IMG/VR virus record: IMGVR_UViG_3300021963_000024
Length of the DNA: 64,000 nucleotides
Strand: one strand, 5' to 3'
Origin: a virus
Lineage: Duplodnaviria > Heunggongvirae > Uroviricota > Caudoviricetes
The notes below the pieces were generated by a model. That model searched no databases. It was given only the letters and a program-made list of their open reading frames with translations, and was not told the origin of the DNA. Positions 47,439 to 56,578 of the stretch are shown one piece after another. Each line of letters opens with the position of its first letter. The first letter of the stretch is position 1. The position numbers were made by a program, and so were the translations under genes.

Positions 47439-47801
47439 TTAATTTAAGTTAAAGTTAATGTTGTTTAATATATCATCCCCCTCTTTCACTCTACTTTCTC
47501 TTTCTTCAATCACTTTGTTTGCGTTTTGAATGATACCCTTTAATGTAGTTCTCAAATCATCAACACCATGCTCTTTAGCCTCATCAACTACATAATCAAT
47601 TCCCTCATTAATCAATCTAACCAATCCTTCATCTTCTTCAATCATATTCTTATCCAACATATCCATAAAGGATGCTGCGATAGATGTTCTTAAACTCAAT
47701 GAAGCTGATTCACTTTGTTTCATAATAGTAACTAACACCATAGCCATTGTAGCTCTTTGTGCATTTGTCTTTTCAATTCTCTTAAAAATTTCACTTAACA
47801 T
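47439..47801 (-). CDS. hypothetical protein
   Basis: 120 aa ORF. Confidence 0.4.
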   Translation of the reverse strand: MLSEIFKRIEKTNAQRATMAMVLVTIMKQSESASLSLRTSIAASFMDMLDKNMIEEDEGLVRLINEGIDYVVDEAKEHGVDDLRTTLKGIIQNANKVIEERESRVKEGDDILNNINFNLN

Positions 47802-47802
47802 A

Positions 47803-48009
47803 TTATCGTTTTTTAAATATTTTTGTAATAAATTCCATTGTTACTAAAAAGTAATAATAAGGAACATAAATCATTGATTGCCCTATTAGGATAATCTGAA
47901 AAAGAAATTCATTCCTTTCCGGTCTACCCTGTTCTTCCATATGTTTCAATGTTGCTCTAACCATAGGAAAGGTTGCCAACATCCATATTAATATTATTGT
48001 CCAAATCAT
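47803..48009 (-). CDS. small membrane protein
   Basis: 68 aa, 2 TM. Confidence 0.3.
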   Translation of the reverse strand: MIWTIILIWMLATFPMVRATLKHMEEQGRPERNEFLFQIILIGQSMIYVPYYYFLVTMEFITKIFKKR

Positions 48010-48011
48010 AA

Positions 48012-48755
48012 TTAAAATTTACTTACAAAATACTTTTTATCATTCATATCCTTAACTAACAATCGGTTACATCTTCTATTCTTTGCATTAGTAACCTTTC
48101 TCAATGCCTGTAAATGATGAATAAATGACCCACCATTTTCCATTTTAGGTTTACCTCTCAATATCACATCATAGTATTCTTTCAATTCACTAAACGTCAG
48201 TTTACCATGCCTTTCAGTATAATCCAAAAGAGATTGTGTTATATATCCCCAATCACCCGGCTGTAATTTACGAGCTTTGTTCATATATTTTTCTAATCTC
48301 AACTTTCGTTGTTTCTTTTCATTATGTTGTGCCTTTATCGTTAGTTTATTGATATGGGAATCATAAAATCCCAAACCAGCTTTACCCAACGCAATAACAC
48401 CTACACTAAAAGTTTGTAAGTTCTGACGGTGAATACCTTTACCTTTACCTACCGATTTGTAATTCGGATTTTCAGGGTGAAGATAAATGTCAATATATTC
48501 AGCTTTACGCCACGGTATATCGTTTTGTTTACCGACATACCAACTATCACCTAACGCTTTTTTCCTATCACTATGGCGACCTCTCAATACAACCCATCCA
48601 AAGATTTGTTCCAAAGTTTTTTTCACTTCGATGACTTGCTCAATATTTTTCATTGGAATAGTTGCAATGTAAGTTGATGTTCGTTTCATTATATTCATAT
48701 TGTTTGTATTAAAGATATTCGGGACCATATACTCCATAACGAGCCGTCCCATCAA
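48012..48755 (-). CDS. hypothetical protein
   Basis: 247 aa ORF. Confidence 0.4.
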   Translation of the reverse strand: MMGRLVMEYMVPNIFNTNNMNIMKRTSTYIATIPMKNIEQVIEVKKTLEQIFGWVVLRGRHSDRKKALGDSWYVGKQNDIPWRKAEYIDIYLHPENPNYKSVGKGKGIHRQNLQTFSVGVIALGKAGLGFYDSHINKLTIKAQHNEKKQRKLRLEKYMNKARKLQPGDWGYITQSLLDYTERHGKLTFSELKEYYDVILRGKPKMENGGSFIHHLQALRKVTNAKNRRCNRLLVKDMNDKKYFVSKF

Positions 48756-49056
48756 TTATATTTCCTCTTGCGTGTTTTGCTGGTGCTTTCCACGTTGCAC
48801 ATTTTAATAAATCACCTTTCTTAATTGGTGAACCTTTTAAGTCACCATCCACTCTACTAATAAAACCCCAACAACCGGTTCCTACCCATAAACGAATATA
48901 CTTTTGTCCAACCTCAACAACTATGTCTTGATATTGATTTCGCATATCTGCTTTTATATAATATGCCAATCGTTTTAGATTAACTTCATGTATAAAGTTG
49001 GCAACAATAGGATTGCCTTTAAGATACTCTATTGCTTTTTTATCAGTTACTCTCAT
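48709..49056 (-). CDS. hypothetical protein
   Basis: 115 aa ORF. Confidence 0.35.
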   Translation of the reverse strand: MRVTDKKAIEYLKGNPIVANFIHEVNLKRLAYYIKADMRNQYQDIVVEVGQKYIRLWVGTGCWGFISRVDGDLKGSPIKKGDLLKCATWKAPAKHARGNIIDGTARYGVYGPEYL

Positions 49057-49066
49057 ATTGTTTATA

Positions 49067-49369
49067 TTAAATGTTACCTAATCTTCTATCTTCACTTTGC
49101 GCGTCATTCATACTATCTACGCACTCTTTGAATGCAAAGTAATCGTCAATTACATCATCTATACGATTTGCTTCATTATATAAAGCAGTTTGTATTTTAT
49201 TCAACAACTGAATTGACTTATCTAATTCTTCATCAAAATACCCTCTTAATTCAGGCGTATCTTCTTTAGCCGTTTCAACTATTTCTCTATGTTTTTCTAC
49301 TCCTTTACTAACCACATAATAAAGGTTATTTAATTCCAACAATGTTAATTCTATATTCATATTATTCAA
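49067..49369 (-). CDS. hypothetical protein
   Basis: 100 aa ORF. Confidence 0.35.
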   Translation of the reverse strand: MNNMNIELTLLELNNLYYVVSKGVEKHREIVETAKEDTPELRGYFDEELDKSIQLLNKIQTALYNEANRIDDVIDDYFAFKECVDSMNDAQSEDRRLGNI

Positions 49370-49727
49370 AATTAGGTTTTACAAAAATGTTATCCACATT
49401 TTCTACATAAGGTTTAAACCAATTGCGGATAGTTTTATGTGTTAATCCGTTGGTATATTGTTCTTCTCTTTCATACAAACAATCTTCCAATAGACGTTCT
49501 GCATCTACTCTTGCTACACTTACCAACGCATGTATCAATTCTTGAATACGTTTTTCACTACTATCGCCTGATAGATACCAACGATTATCATCCGAATACA
49601 TATACGAATAATCGTGTCTAACTACACTATCCATTAATTCGTTAATCATACTATTTTCATTGTAAACATCCGTATCATTATTCGGGTCATTCATAAAATA
49701 CTTTTGATAAAATTCTTTGTTAAACAT
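49362..49727 (-). CDS. hypothetical protein
   Basis: 121 aa ORF. Confidence 0.35.
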   Translation of the reverse strand: MFNKEFYQKYFMNDPNNDTDVYNENSMINELMDSVVRHDYSYMYSDDNRWYLSGDSSEKRIQELIHALVSVARVDAERLLEDCLYEREEQYTNGLTHKTIRNWFKPYVENVDNIFVKPNFE

Positions 49728-49738
49728 ATACTTTTATT

Positions 49739-50023
49739 TTAATTGTGTTTCATCCCTTTACATACACCATAACCACTTCTTGCGGCCAATCGGTTAATAT
49801 TGTTAGCTACTTCCATTGGAACGATTTGTATTTCGTTACCTGTTTTGTGATTAGCGATAGCTACACCACCCATCTTTTCCGTAGTAGAACAATTTACACA
49901 AAAATTGTAACCATATTTCACTTTGCGTAAAACAGGCATATCATTACCACATTTGATACATGGCATCATTTCCAATTTAACTTTTACTTTACTCATATTA
50001 TTTACAAATTTTATTATTAACAA
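49739..50023 (-). CDS. C4 zinc-finger protein (DksA/TraR-like)
   Basis: CIKCGND-x16-CVNCS. Confidence 0.4.
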   Translation of the reverse strand: MLIIKFVNNMSKVKVKLEMMPCIKCGNDMPVLRKVKYGYNFCVNCSTTEKMGGVAIANHKTGNEIQIVPMEVANNINRLAARSGYGVCKGMKHN

Positions 50024-50579
50024 ACTCTTGCATAAAGTTAATGTAAGATATTTGACACTGTATTCTTCTTTGTTTTTTGTGGTCTCTTTTAAAGGTTGGT
50101 GTTACCAATCTATCACCCCACAATTCTTTGTAATAATTCATTTCTTCTTTCCATTGATTATCGTAACTATATGAATTTGATACTTTGTTTTTAATCCAAT
50201 CTTTCACTTCATCAAACTTATCCCATTGAAACAATTTATTCCATTTCTTATGGTTGATATCTAATACAACAACATCCACTATATTCGTTTTCTTACCTTC
50301 CCAAAATCCAACCACTAAGGTAAAATCTTCTTCTTTGTTTGAATTACGAAATATATCACCCAACTCAATTGCATTATTTAAACCAATACATTTTAACTGA
50401 ACTGGTTTACCTTTGTAATTTACTCCTTTCACATTTTCATTTATAGCATCCCACTTAGACGTGTAATTAGAACCTTTTTGTTTACCATACTTTTTTTCGT
50501 ATTGTTTCCAAGTAGTAATGTTATTTTCCTTACACCATTTGGTTTCAAACTTAAAACCATGCGATTGTCTTTCTGCCAT
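49998..50579 (-). CDS. hypothetical protein
   Basis: 193 aa, Lys/Trp-rich. Confidence 0.4.
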   Translation of the reverse strand: MAERQSHGFKFETKWCKENNITTWKQYEKKYGKQKGSNYTSKWDAINENVKGVNYKGKPVQLKCIGLNNAIELGDIFRNSNKEEDFTLVVGFWEGKKTNIVDVVVLDINHKKWNKLFQWDKFDEVKDWIKNKVSNSYSYDNQWKEEMNYYKELWGDRLVTPTFKRDHKKQRRIQCQISYINFMQEFVNNKICK

Positions 50580-50657
50580 ATTATTTATTTTTACGAGCCC
50601 AATTACGAGCGTTCTTTTTCTTTTTATCTACTACTACTCTTTGACGGTATCTACCAT

Positions 50658-50691
50658 CAAAAAGACCAGCATCTAGCTGGTCTTTTCTTTT
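50658..50691 (-). terminator. rho-independent terminator
   Basis: Stem GACCAGC/GCTGGTC (50664-50682) with a flanking A-run and T-run. Confidence 0.55.
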
Positions 50692-50695
50692 AGAA

Positions 50696-51517
50696 CTATT
50701 TGGACTTAACCTTTTCACTTTGTTTTTCATAAACACTAAATTTACTATCCATTGGAATAATGAATTTGTTATTAGCCGTATCAATTTTGTTACGAACTTT
50801 CTTAAACTTTAATCCTACAATTACACCTTGCGCATCATAGTATCTCATATCATACGCATCACCATCAATTACATCATATCCCATAAATGTTTTTGGTAAT
50901 ACTTTACCTTCAAACACCATAGCCACACGACCTTTTCTTTCGTTTAATAATTCTAAACATTGAAACATATTATGTCCGCTGAATGAATATGTTAAATCGT
51001 AGTTATCATACTTATCTAACATTTTGAAACGATTAGCAACTTTCGTATAATCATAGAAAGGAATAAGTGGGAAGAACTCTAATATATTCATACCTTTCAC
51101 TTTGAAACTTTCTAAACTAATATCGGATGTTCCGTTGATACGAACTGAAAATTGATAACCTTTGGTATCTGCATCAATCTTAGCTTTTTGTATTTCGGTA
51201 ATCAACCAAGCCATAAAGAAATCACGTTGTTCAAAGAATAACTTTGTTTTTTTGATACGAGCTTTATTGATTGCGTTCTTTTTAACATCAATACGATTGT
51301 GACCCGACTCTGTTAAACACGCCGTTCTACATTCTTCCGTTGACATTGGACACACATTGTAACCACTTTGTTCAGCAGGTGCAAGATATAATATATAAGT
51401 CATTTCGTTATATTTTAAACCTTTAGCAATTTTTGAACTACTCGCCACACTACCTAAATACGATAGGCCGGTTTGTTTTTTAGCACTAGAAATTGTTGTG
51501 AATTGTAACTTACTCAT
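50696..51517 (-). CDS. hypothetical protein
   Basis: 273 aa ORF preceded by the 120-bp repeated upstream element. Confidence 0.45.
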   Translation of the reverse strand: MSKLQFTTISSAKKQTGLSYLGSVASSSKIAKGLKYNEMTYILYLAPAEQSGYNVCPMSTEECRTACLTESGHNRIDVKKNAINKARIKKTKLFFEQRDFFMAWLITEIQKAKIDADTKGYQFSVRINGTSDISLESFKVKGMNILEFFPLIPFYDYTKVANRFKMLDKYDNYDLTYSFSGHNMFQCLELLNERKGRVAMVFEGKVLPKTFMGYDVIDGDAYDMRYYDAQGVIVGLKFKKVRNKIDTANNKFIIPMDSKFSVYEKQSEKVKSK

Positions 51518-51640
51518 ATTAATAAAATTTTATATATATCTCCAATATTGGAAACTTTACCCTGTAAAGATACGAAATTTTCCCGAACTGGCCAAATAAT
51601 TTGAAAAAATTGTTCATTGACAATCAACGAGTTATGAAAT
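51518..51640 (-). repeat. ~120-bp upstream element, copy 2
   Basis: Shares caatattggaaactttaccctgtaaagatacg...ccaaataatttgaaaaaa...ttgacaatcaacgagttat with 26072-26195. Confidence 0.5.
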
Positions 51641-51742
51641 ACCCTATAAAACCAAAAGCATAAGTCATTGATTGTCAATAAAGAATTTTCTCATTGATAA
51701 TCAACGACTTATGCGTAACCCATTGAGGGTCAATTAGTTATG
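51617..51742. promoter_or_regulatory. cluster of four palindromic operator repeats
   Basis: 51617-51635, 51668-51678 (inverted), 51694-51712 and 51730-51742. Confidence 0.55.
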
Positions 51743-51790
51743 AAATAGGGTATTTTTACCTTATATTAACAAAATTTATAATATATTCAC

Positions 51791-52510
51791 TTATATAAAC
51801 GGATTATGTTCTTGCGGATAAAAATCTTCATCATCTATCACTTCATTTGTATCAACATAACGATACCTTTCTAATTCACTATCGTATGTAACCAATCTAT
51901 CCGTATCTTCATCTTTCCATTCTAAATCACCTTCCATTAAATCTTCAAAATCTTCACCACCATTTATCACTTCGTAACAACCACAAAATCCCATACCCGG
52001 TTCTTCATAACTTAATTTGAAATGTAGATTAGGAAATTGTTTAGATGCGTAATGAATAAACATAGAATTAGGTCCCCAAGCAGTTGTGTAATTAATAGAA
52101 AGCGACTCGCCATCTCTTTCATCTACATAACTATCACTAACATCCCACTTCGTTCCCCAATTTGCAATTCTCCAATTATACCAATCTTCGTGTCCGAATT
52201 TTTCTTTTAAAGATTTGATATGTTCTTCAAACGCCTTTTGCCCTTCTTCATCATGCAACTCACCTCTCCACATTACTGGCGATGTTTGTTCTAACAATTC
52301 AGGCGGAGTAGGATATAACCCTTCCATTGTGAAATCCAAATCACCTTTTATGGTTTCACTTGGAACTAATACTTTCTTTTTGAAATCTACTAATTCGTTC
52401 AAGTCTCCTTCAACGATTAATGTGTTACTGCACCAATTTGGCATATACTTTGTTTTAAATGTTTTGAATGTATGTTTGTATTTTTGAAATAAATTTATGC
52501 ATATCTCCAA
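51791..52510 (-). CDS. hypothetical acidic protein
   Basis: 239 aa ORF. Confidence 0.4.
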   Translation of the reverse strand: MEICINLFQKYKHTFKTFKTKYMPNWCSNTLIVEGDLNELVDFKKKVLVPSETIKGDLDFTMEGLYPTPPELLEQTSPVMWRGELHDEEGQKAFEEHIKSLKEKFGHEDWYNWRIANWGTKWDVSDSYVDERDGESLSINYTTAWGPNSMFIHYASKQFPNLHFKLSYEEPGMGFCGCYEVINGGEDFEDLMEGDLEWKDEDTDRLVTYDSELERYRYVDTNEVIDDEDFYPQEHNPFI

Positions 52511-52793
52511 TTTCCGAACCTTTTAAATATGCATCTTTGAAAGGTTTTAATTCTTCATCCGATTTGATATTTAAAATGTATCCATCTGTATCTGAATTTT
52601 TAATCAGTTTCAATGTTAAATGTTTAGGAACTGCAAATGCCGATTTCTGGTCAAATTCAAAATTAATGTTACCAACCCAATGCCCGTTATCACCTTCCTC
52701 TGTCCAAACATTACGAACATTATAAGTTGCTTGCGACCTGTATATTGGTATCATTATTAAATACCCATCTATTTTATTAAAATTTTTTATCAT
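52455..52793 (-). CDS. hypothetical protein
   Basis: 112 aa, overlaps the downstream ORF. Confidence 0.3.
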   Translation of the reverse strand: MIKNFNKIDGYLIMIPIYRSQATYNVRNVWTEEGDNGHWVGNINFEFDQKSAFAVPKHLTLKLIKNSDTDGYILNIKSDEELKPFKDAYLKGSEIGDMHKFISKIQTYIQNI

Positions 52794-52800
52794 AATTAAT

Positions 52801-53211
52801 TTATTTAACTAATTCAATTCTTATACTACCATCTTCATTAAACCAACCCTTTAATTTAAAACGGGGGTCATTAGGATGTCCGCTCGATAAATACCCTTCC
52901 ATATGCGGTCTTACTCCATCTCTATCACTATGTTGGTATGCATTAAATTGTAAATTATGTTGTATAAGGGTGTTTTTATTCATATTCAAAGCTTGCCCCA
53001 ATGGACTAGTATCAACTACCGTTTTAATATCCAAATGATTAAATCCCATTATTGATAAATGACCGGCACCAATTAAATCACCCAAACAATATTGATATAG
53101 GTCATTAGTTACACCATCAACTTTAGCTTTTTTCATTTTTCTTTCACTACGCATTTTTCTTACTCTTTCGGAAGAATATTCATTTCGTTTTGTTCCATTA
53201 AATCTTGCCAT
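52801..53211 (-). CDS. hypothetical protein
   Basis: 136 aa ORF. Confidence 0.4.
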   Translation of the reverse strand: MARFNGTKRNEYSSERVRKMRSERKMKKAKVDGVTNDLYQYCLGDLIGAGHLSIMGFNHLDIKTVVDTSPLGQALNMNKNTLIQHNLQFNAYQHSDRDGVRPHMEGYLSSGHPNDPRFKLKGWFNEDGSIRIELVK

Positions 53212-53226
53212 AATTTACTTATTAAT

Positions 53227-53634
53227 TTATTTATTGTTTAATATATCCCAATCGTGACATGTATTGTTAAGAAAATCTAAAAAATTAAATGGACCCAATA
53301 CATCATCTCTATAAATTGGATAATCATAACTTTTGCTATGCGAATCATCCGGTCTTAAATGTAAAGACCAACCCATTTGAAATGGTTGTAATTTATCTCT
53401 TTTTAAAGTAGCTTCAAAAGAACCATAATCTTTATGCCAAAAAAATATAACATAACGATTTTGTTCTACTTCAACATCATTTATACTAATCCGTTCGTGG
53501 TTATCAATTTTCTTTATTGAACTGATGTTTTTAATTGTTAATCTCATATTAAAAGTATATTTTTCGTATTGTAAAGAAATCGTTGGGGTTATTTTTCCAA
53601 ATGTAATTTTGCACCAAATCACTTTCAGCTTCAC
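53227..53634 (-). CDS. hypothetical protein
   Basis: 135 aa ORF. Confidence 0.35.
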   Translation of the reverse strand: MKLKVIWCKITFGKITPTISLQYEKYTFNMRLTIKNISSIKKIDNHERISINDVEVEQNRYVIFFWHKDYGSFEATLKRDKLQPFQMGWSLHLRPDDSHSKSYDYPIYRDDVLGPFNFLDFLNNTCHDWDILNNK

Positions 53635-53758
53635 TTAGTGTTTGATAACATTTTATGTTTTGGTAATTTTTTGTAGTATCATTATCCTCTATCCACATAT
53701 TACTCCAATTCAACCAACAATTGTTTCTATGATTGTAGATTGTATAGTATCCTTTCAT
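53549..53758 (-). CDS. hypothetical protein
   Basis: 69 aa, overlaps by 86 nt. Confidence 0.25.
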   Translation of the reverse strand: MKGYYTIYNHRNNCWLNWSNMWIEDNDTTKNYQNIKCYQTLSEAESDLVQNYIWKNNPNDFFTIRKIYF

Positions 53759-53761
53759 ATC

Positions 53762-54028
53762 TTAAAAATTTCTAAATGCTTTTACTAAATTATCTGGTGA
53801 TTTAAAATCTTCTTTGGTTAAAAAGAACCACTCATTTCTATATCTTGCTAACCACTTACCACCATCATTCCGTCTCCTAACTATTTCAATAATTGTTTCA
53901 TCTTTTTGTTCACTTTCAAATAAAAAAATATAACGGTCAATTTCTTCTTTCACTTCTGAAATTTTCCATCTATTATTGTAAAATATTCCATTTAATTTTT
54001 GATAATTTTCTATTGTTAGCAATTTCAT
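53762..54028 (-). CDS. hypothetical protein
   Basis: 88 aa ORF. Confidence 0.35.
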   Translation of the reverse strand: MKLLTIENYQKLNGIFYNNRWKISEVKEEIDRYIFLFESEQKDETIIEIVRRRNDGGKWLARYRNEWFFLTKEDFKSPDNLVKAFRNF

Positions 54029-54040
54029 ATTATTCTATTT

Positions 54041-54087
54041 TGAAGATAGTAGGGGAATCGAACCCCTACCAAGTTCCAAACTATCTT
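54041..54087 (-). other. tRNA-like element: acceptor stem + T-arm with 12-nt insert replacing the D/anticodon arms
   Basis: Minus-strand read AGATAGT-TT-GGAACTTGGT-AGGGG-TTCGATT-CCCCT-ACTATCT-T(CA). It has a perfect 7-bp acceptor and 5-bp T-stem with a canonical T-loop. Confidence 0.45.
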
Positions 54088-55030
54088 ATTGAATATTCTT
54101 AAACAATGTAGGTATTTGACCATAAACTGGCAACTTACCATCCCACTTATTAACATATTCCATTTGAATAAGTAATGGTGTCAATGTTTGTTGTTTCATT
54201 CTATTTGCTTCAGCTTCTGCTTTAGCAGATGTAAGTAATGCTTGTGCGTTACCCTCTGCGGTTGCTACTTTAATCTTCGCTTGTGCTTCTGCCGTTTTAA
54301 CTTCGTTCTCTGCTCTTAATGCAGCTTGAACTGCGTTGTTCTTAGCGTTGATTGCTTCTTTGAATGAATCTGGATAAATCAAATTAGATGTAAACTGATT
54401 AACCATAAATCCTTCGTTTAACAATTGTCCTTCCAATAACTTACGAACTTCAATCTCAAATTGAGCACGATTACTAATCAATTCATCAGCCGTATATTTG
54501 TTAGTTGCTAAACGAAACGCATCATATACTGCGGTCTTTAAGAAACCTTCTTCAATTTGTTCTAAACTTCTACGATACTTAGCAAAGATGTAAGGAACTT
54601 TTTCTCTCTTTACTGAATAGTTTACGATAGGTGATACATGGAACTCACTACCATCTTTTGAGTTTACTACAAATGAATTATCACCTGTATATTCTTTGTG
54701 TTGAATAAAGGTAGGAAACTCATAAATACGATGCGTAATTGGGTTAAAGAATACAATACCCGTTACTTCCGTTACATCAGCTACACCTTTGTTATCACCA
54801 TAAAGGTTCACTTTAACACCTACGTGTCCTGCATCAATTCTTTCACATGCTGCAAATAATACCATTAATGTAATAAATCCAATAATGGATGCTCCGATTG
54901 TTTTAAACATTTTACTTTGTTTTTGTTTTTGTTCTAAATTAAATTGCGTTTCTAGTTCATCTATTTGTTCATCCGTTCTACGATTACCATAATCATCATA
55001 ACGATAATTATACCTTTGAAATGTTGCCAT
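54086..55030 (-). CDS. SPFH/band-7 (prohibitin/stomatin-like) protein
   Basis: N-terminal TM helix, an SPFH-like core and an Ala/Glu-rich coiled coil (AALRAENEVKTAEAQAKIKVATAEG). Confidence 0.55.
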   Translation of the reverse strand: MATFQRYNYRYDDYGNRRTDEQIDELETQFNLEQKQKQSKMFKTIGASIIGFITLMVLFAACERIDAGHVGVKVNLYGDNKGVADVTEVTGIVFFNPITHRIYEFPTFIQHKEYTGDNSFVVNSKDGSEFHVSPIVNYSVKREKVPYIFAKYRRSLEQIEEGFLKTAVYDAFRLATNKYTADELISNRAQFEIEVRKLLEGQLLNEGFMVNQFTSNLIYPDSFKEAINAKNNAVQAALRAENEVKTAEAQAKIKVATAEGNAQALLTSAKAEAEANRMKQQTLTPLLIQMEYVNKWDGKLPVYGQIPTLFKNIQ

Positions 55031-55031
55031 A

Positions 55032-55412
55032 TTATTTTGTTTTATTTGTTTTCTTTCTTGTTTTTACAAATGGGTTATCACTTTCAACACCATCAAATTG
55101 TTTTGGATTTTTTTTCTTTGTTGGAGTTTCATTTTGTTTCTGCATATTATCCATTTGTTTCTGAACATGCTCTTTCCATTGTCTTTCCGCTTCGGATAAT
55201 TCTTTTTTATCAATGAAGCCACCTTTATCGGATGTTACATAATTGTAAAGAGCCAATCCACCCCAAACAATCAATAACAACAAACCAATACCAGCCATTA
55301 TATTGGCAAATGTATTAGCGGCACTGAGACCTGGGAAAATTACAAATTCTAAAATCAAAAATATTGTTATCAAATTAATGATTTGAGTTTTATACTTTAA
55401 TAAGTTTTTCAT
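55032..55412 (-). CDS. membrane protein (2 TM) with basic tail
   Basis: Coupled to the SPFH gene. Possible NfeD-like partner. Confidence 0.4.
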   Translation of the reverse strand: MKNLLKYKTQIINLITIFLILEFVIFPGLSAANTFANIMAGIGLLLLIVWGGLALYNYVTSDKGGFIDKKELSEAERQWKEHVQKQMDNMQKQNETPTKKKNPKQFDGVESDNPFVKTRKKTNKTK

Positions 55413-55658
55413 TTAAATTAATTTATTTGTTATTCGTAAAATTGTTTCTTCATCTTCTTTGGATAGTTTCCAACTATTGCCAATTAACTTTTTGACTTGT
55501 TCATCAAATTCCGAACTCTTATTATCAGGATCAGCTAAAGTTCCTTGAATTTGTTTAGGAACATAACCCGCTTCATAAAGTTCATCCGCTAATTCTTGCT
55601 TTTCATATCCCATTAAACCATATATGATATCATCAATATCAATGTCTATACTTGCCAT
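55413..55658 (-). CDS. hypothetical acidic protein
   Basis: 81 aa ORF. Confidence 0.35.
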   Translation of the reverse strand: MASIDIDIDDIIYGLMGYEKQELADELYEAGYVPKQIQGTLADPDNKSSEFDEQVKKLIGNSWKLSKEDEETILRITNKLI

Positions 55659-55669
55659 AATTTTTATTT

Positions 55670-56380
55670 TTAGAAAGTTTGAAATACTTTTTTATATTGT
55701 TTGTTCCATTGTTTACATAATTCATCAGGAACTTTATCCGAAAAGTTTTTGTAATTATGTCCAAATGTTAAATACGCCTGAATTTCATCATCTACTACAC
55801 CATCGGTATAACCCATTCGGATTAAATTATTTCTGAAATTCAATTTGTGTTCTACCGAAATAGTATCGGTAATTTCATTCACTAATTGATTGTAAGTTTT
55901 ATCGGTATAATACAAACCATGACAAACTTCATGTTTAAATGTATCACCTTTGGTATCAGCTGCACCTATAACATAGGCTCTACCATTTGCTTTCATTGTT
56001 CGGATATGCCAATAAATTTTATACATCACCGCATCATACGGCGTTTCAAATTCTTTCATATTTCGGAAACACTTATCCATAACTTCAAACGGAATGTTAA
56101 ACCCACTCCAATCGTTTGGATAACTAAATCCACGATCATATTCTTTACTATACCACTTCATATAATCCCACATGCTAAAGTGTTTACCTCTAAATTGTGG
56201 ATTAGGTGACTCGTAGAATTCCTGAACTCTACAAAAAGTCATAGCTCTATCAAACCCATTCGGAATTATCACTGCGAATATGTTTGGTTTCACTTCGGTT
56301 ATTTTATATTCTATTTCCATATTATTGTTGTGTGCAATCTTCATAAGCAAAATGATAAGCATCAACAGGTGCGTGCCCAT
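55670..56380 (-). CDS. hypothetical protein with HExxH motif (possible zinc metallopeptidase)
   Basis: FKHEVCHGLYY. Confidence 0.35.
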   Translation of the reverse strand: MGTHLLMLIILLMKIAHNNNMEIEYKITEVKPNIFAVIIPNGFDRAMTFCRVQEFYESPNPQFRGKHFSMWDYMKWYSKEYDRGFSYPNDWSGFNIPFEVMDKCFRNMKEFETPYDAVMYKIYWHIRTMKANGRAYVIGAADTKGDTFKHEVCHGLYYTDKTYNQLVNEITDTISVEHKLNFRNNLIRMGYTDGVVDDEIQAYLTFGHNYKNFSDKVPDELCKQWNKQYKKVFQTF

Positions 56381-56523
56381 CCTTTATATATTTTTCAGCT
56401 TTTTGAATAACTTCTTTACGAACATTCCAAGCTGAAGCTTCTTCTAATACAAGTTCAATTTCCTGTTTTTCTTCGATTGTCAATTTTGTAGACATTTTTT
56501 AAAATTTAAATTACCATTAGTAT

Positions 56524-56560
56524 AAAAAGAAATAGGGTGACAAATGCCACCCTATTTTCT
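56524..56560 (-). terminator. rho-independent terminator
   Basis: Stem ATAGGGTG/CACCCTAT (56532-56554). T-run on the minus strand. Confidence 0.55.
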
Positions 56561-56578
56561 CAATCACCATTAAAACTA

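Noticed and set aside
50581-50784. Minus-strand 67-aa ORF
   Set aside because: It contains the terminator hairpin at 50658-50691 and overlaps the 3' end of gene 50696-51517 by 89 nt.
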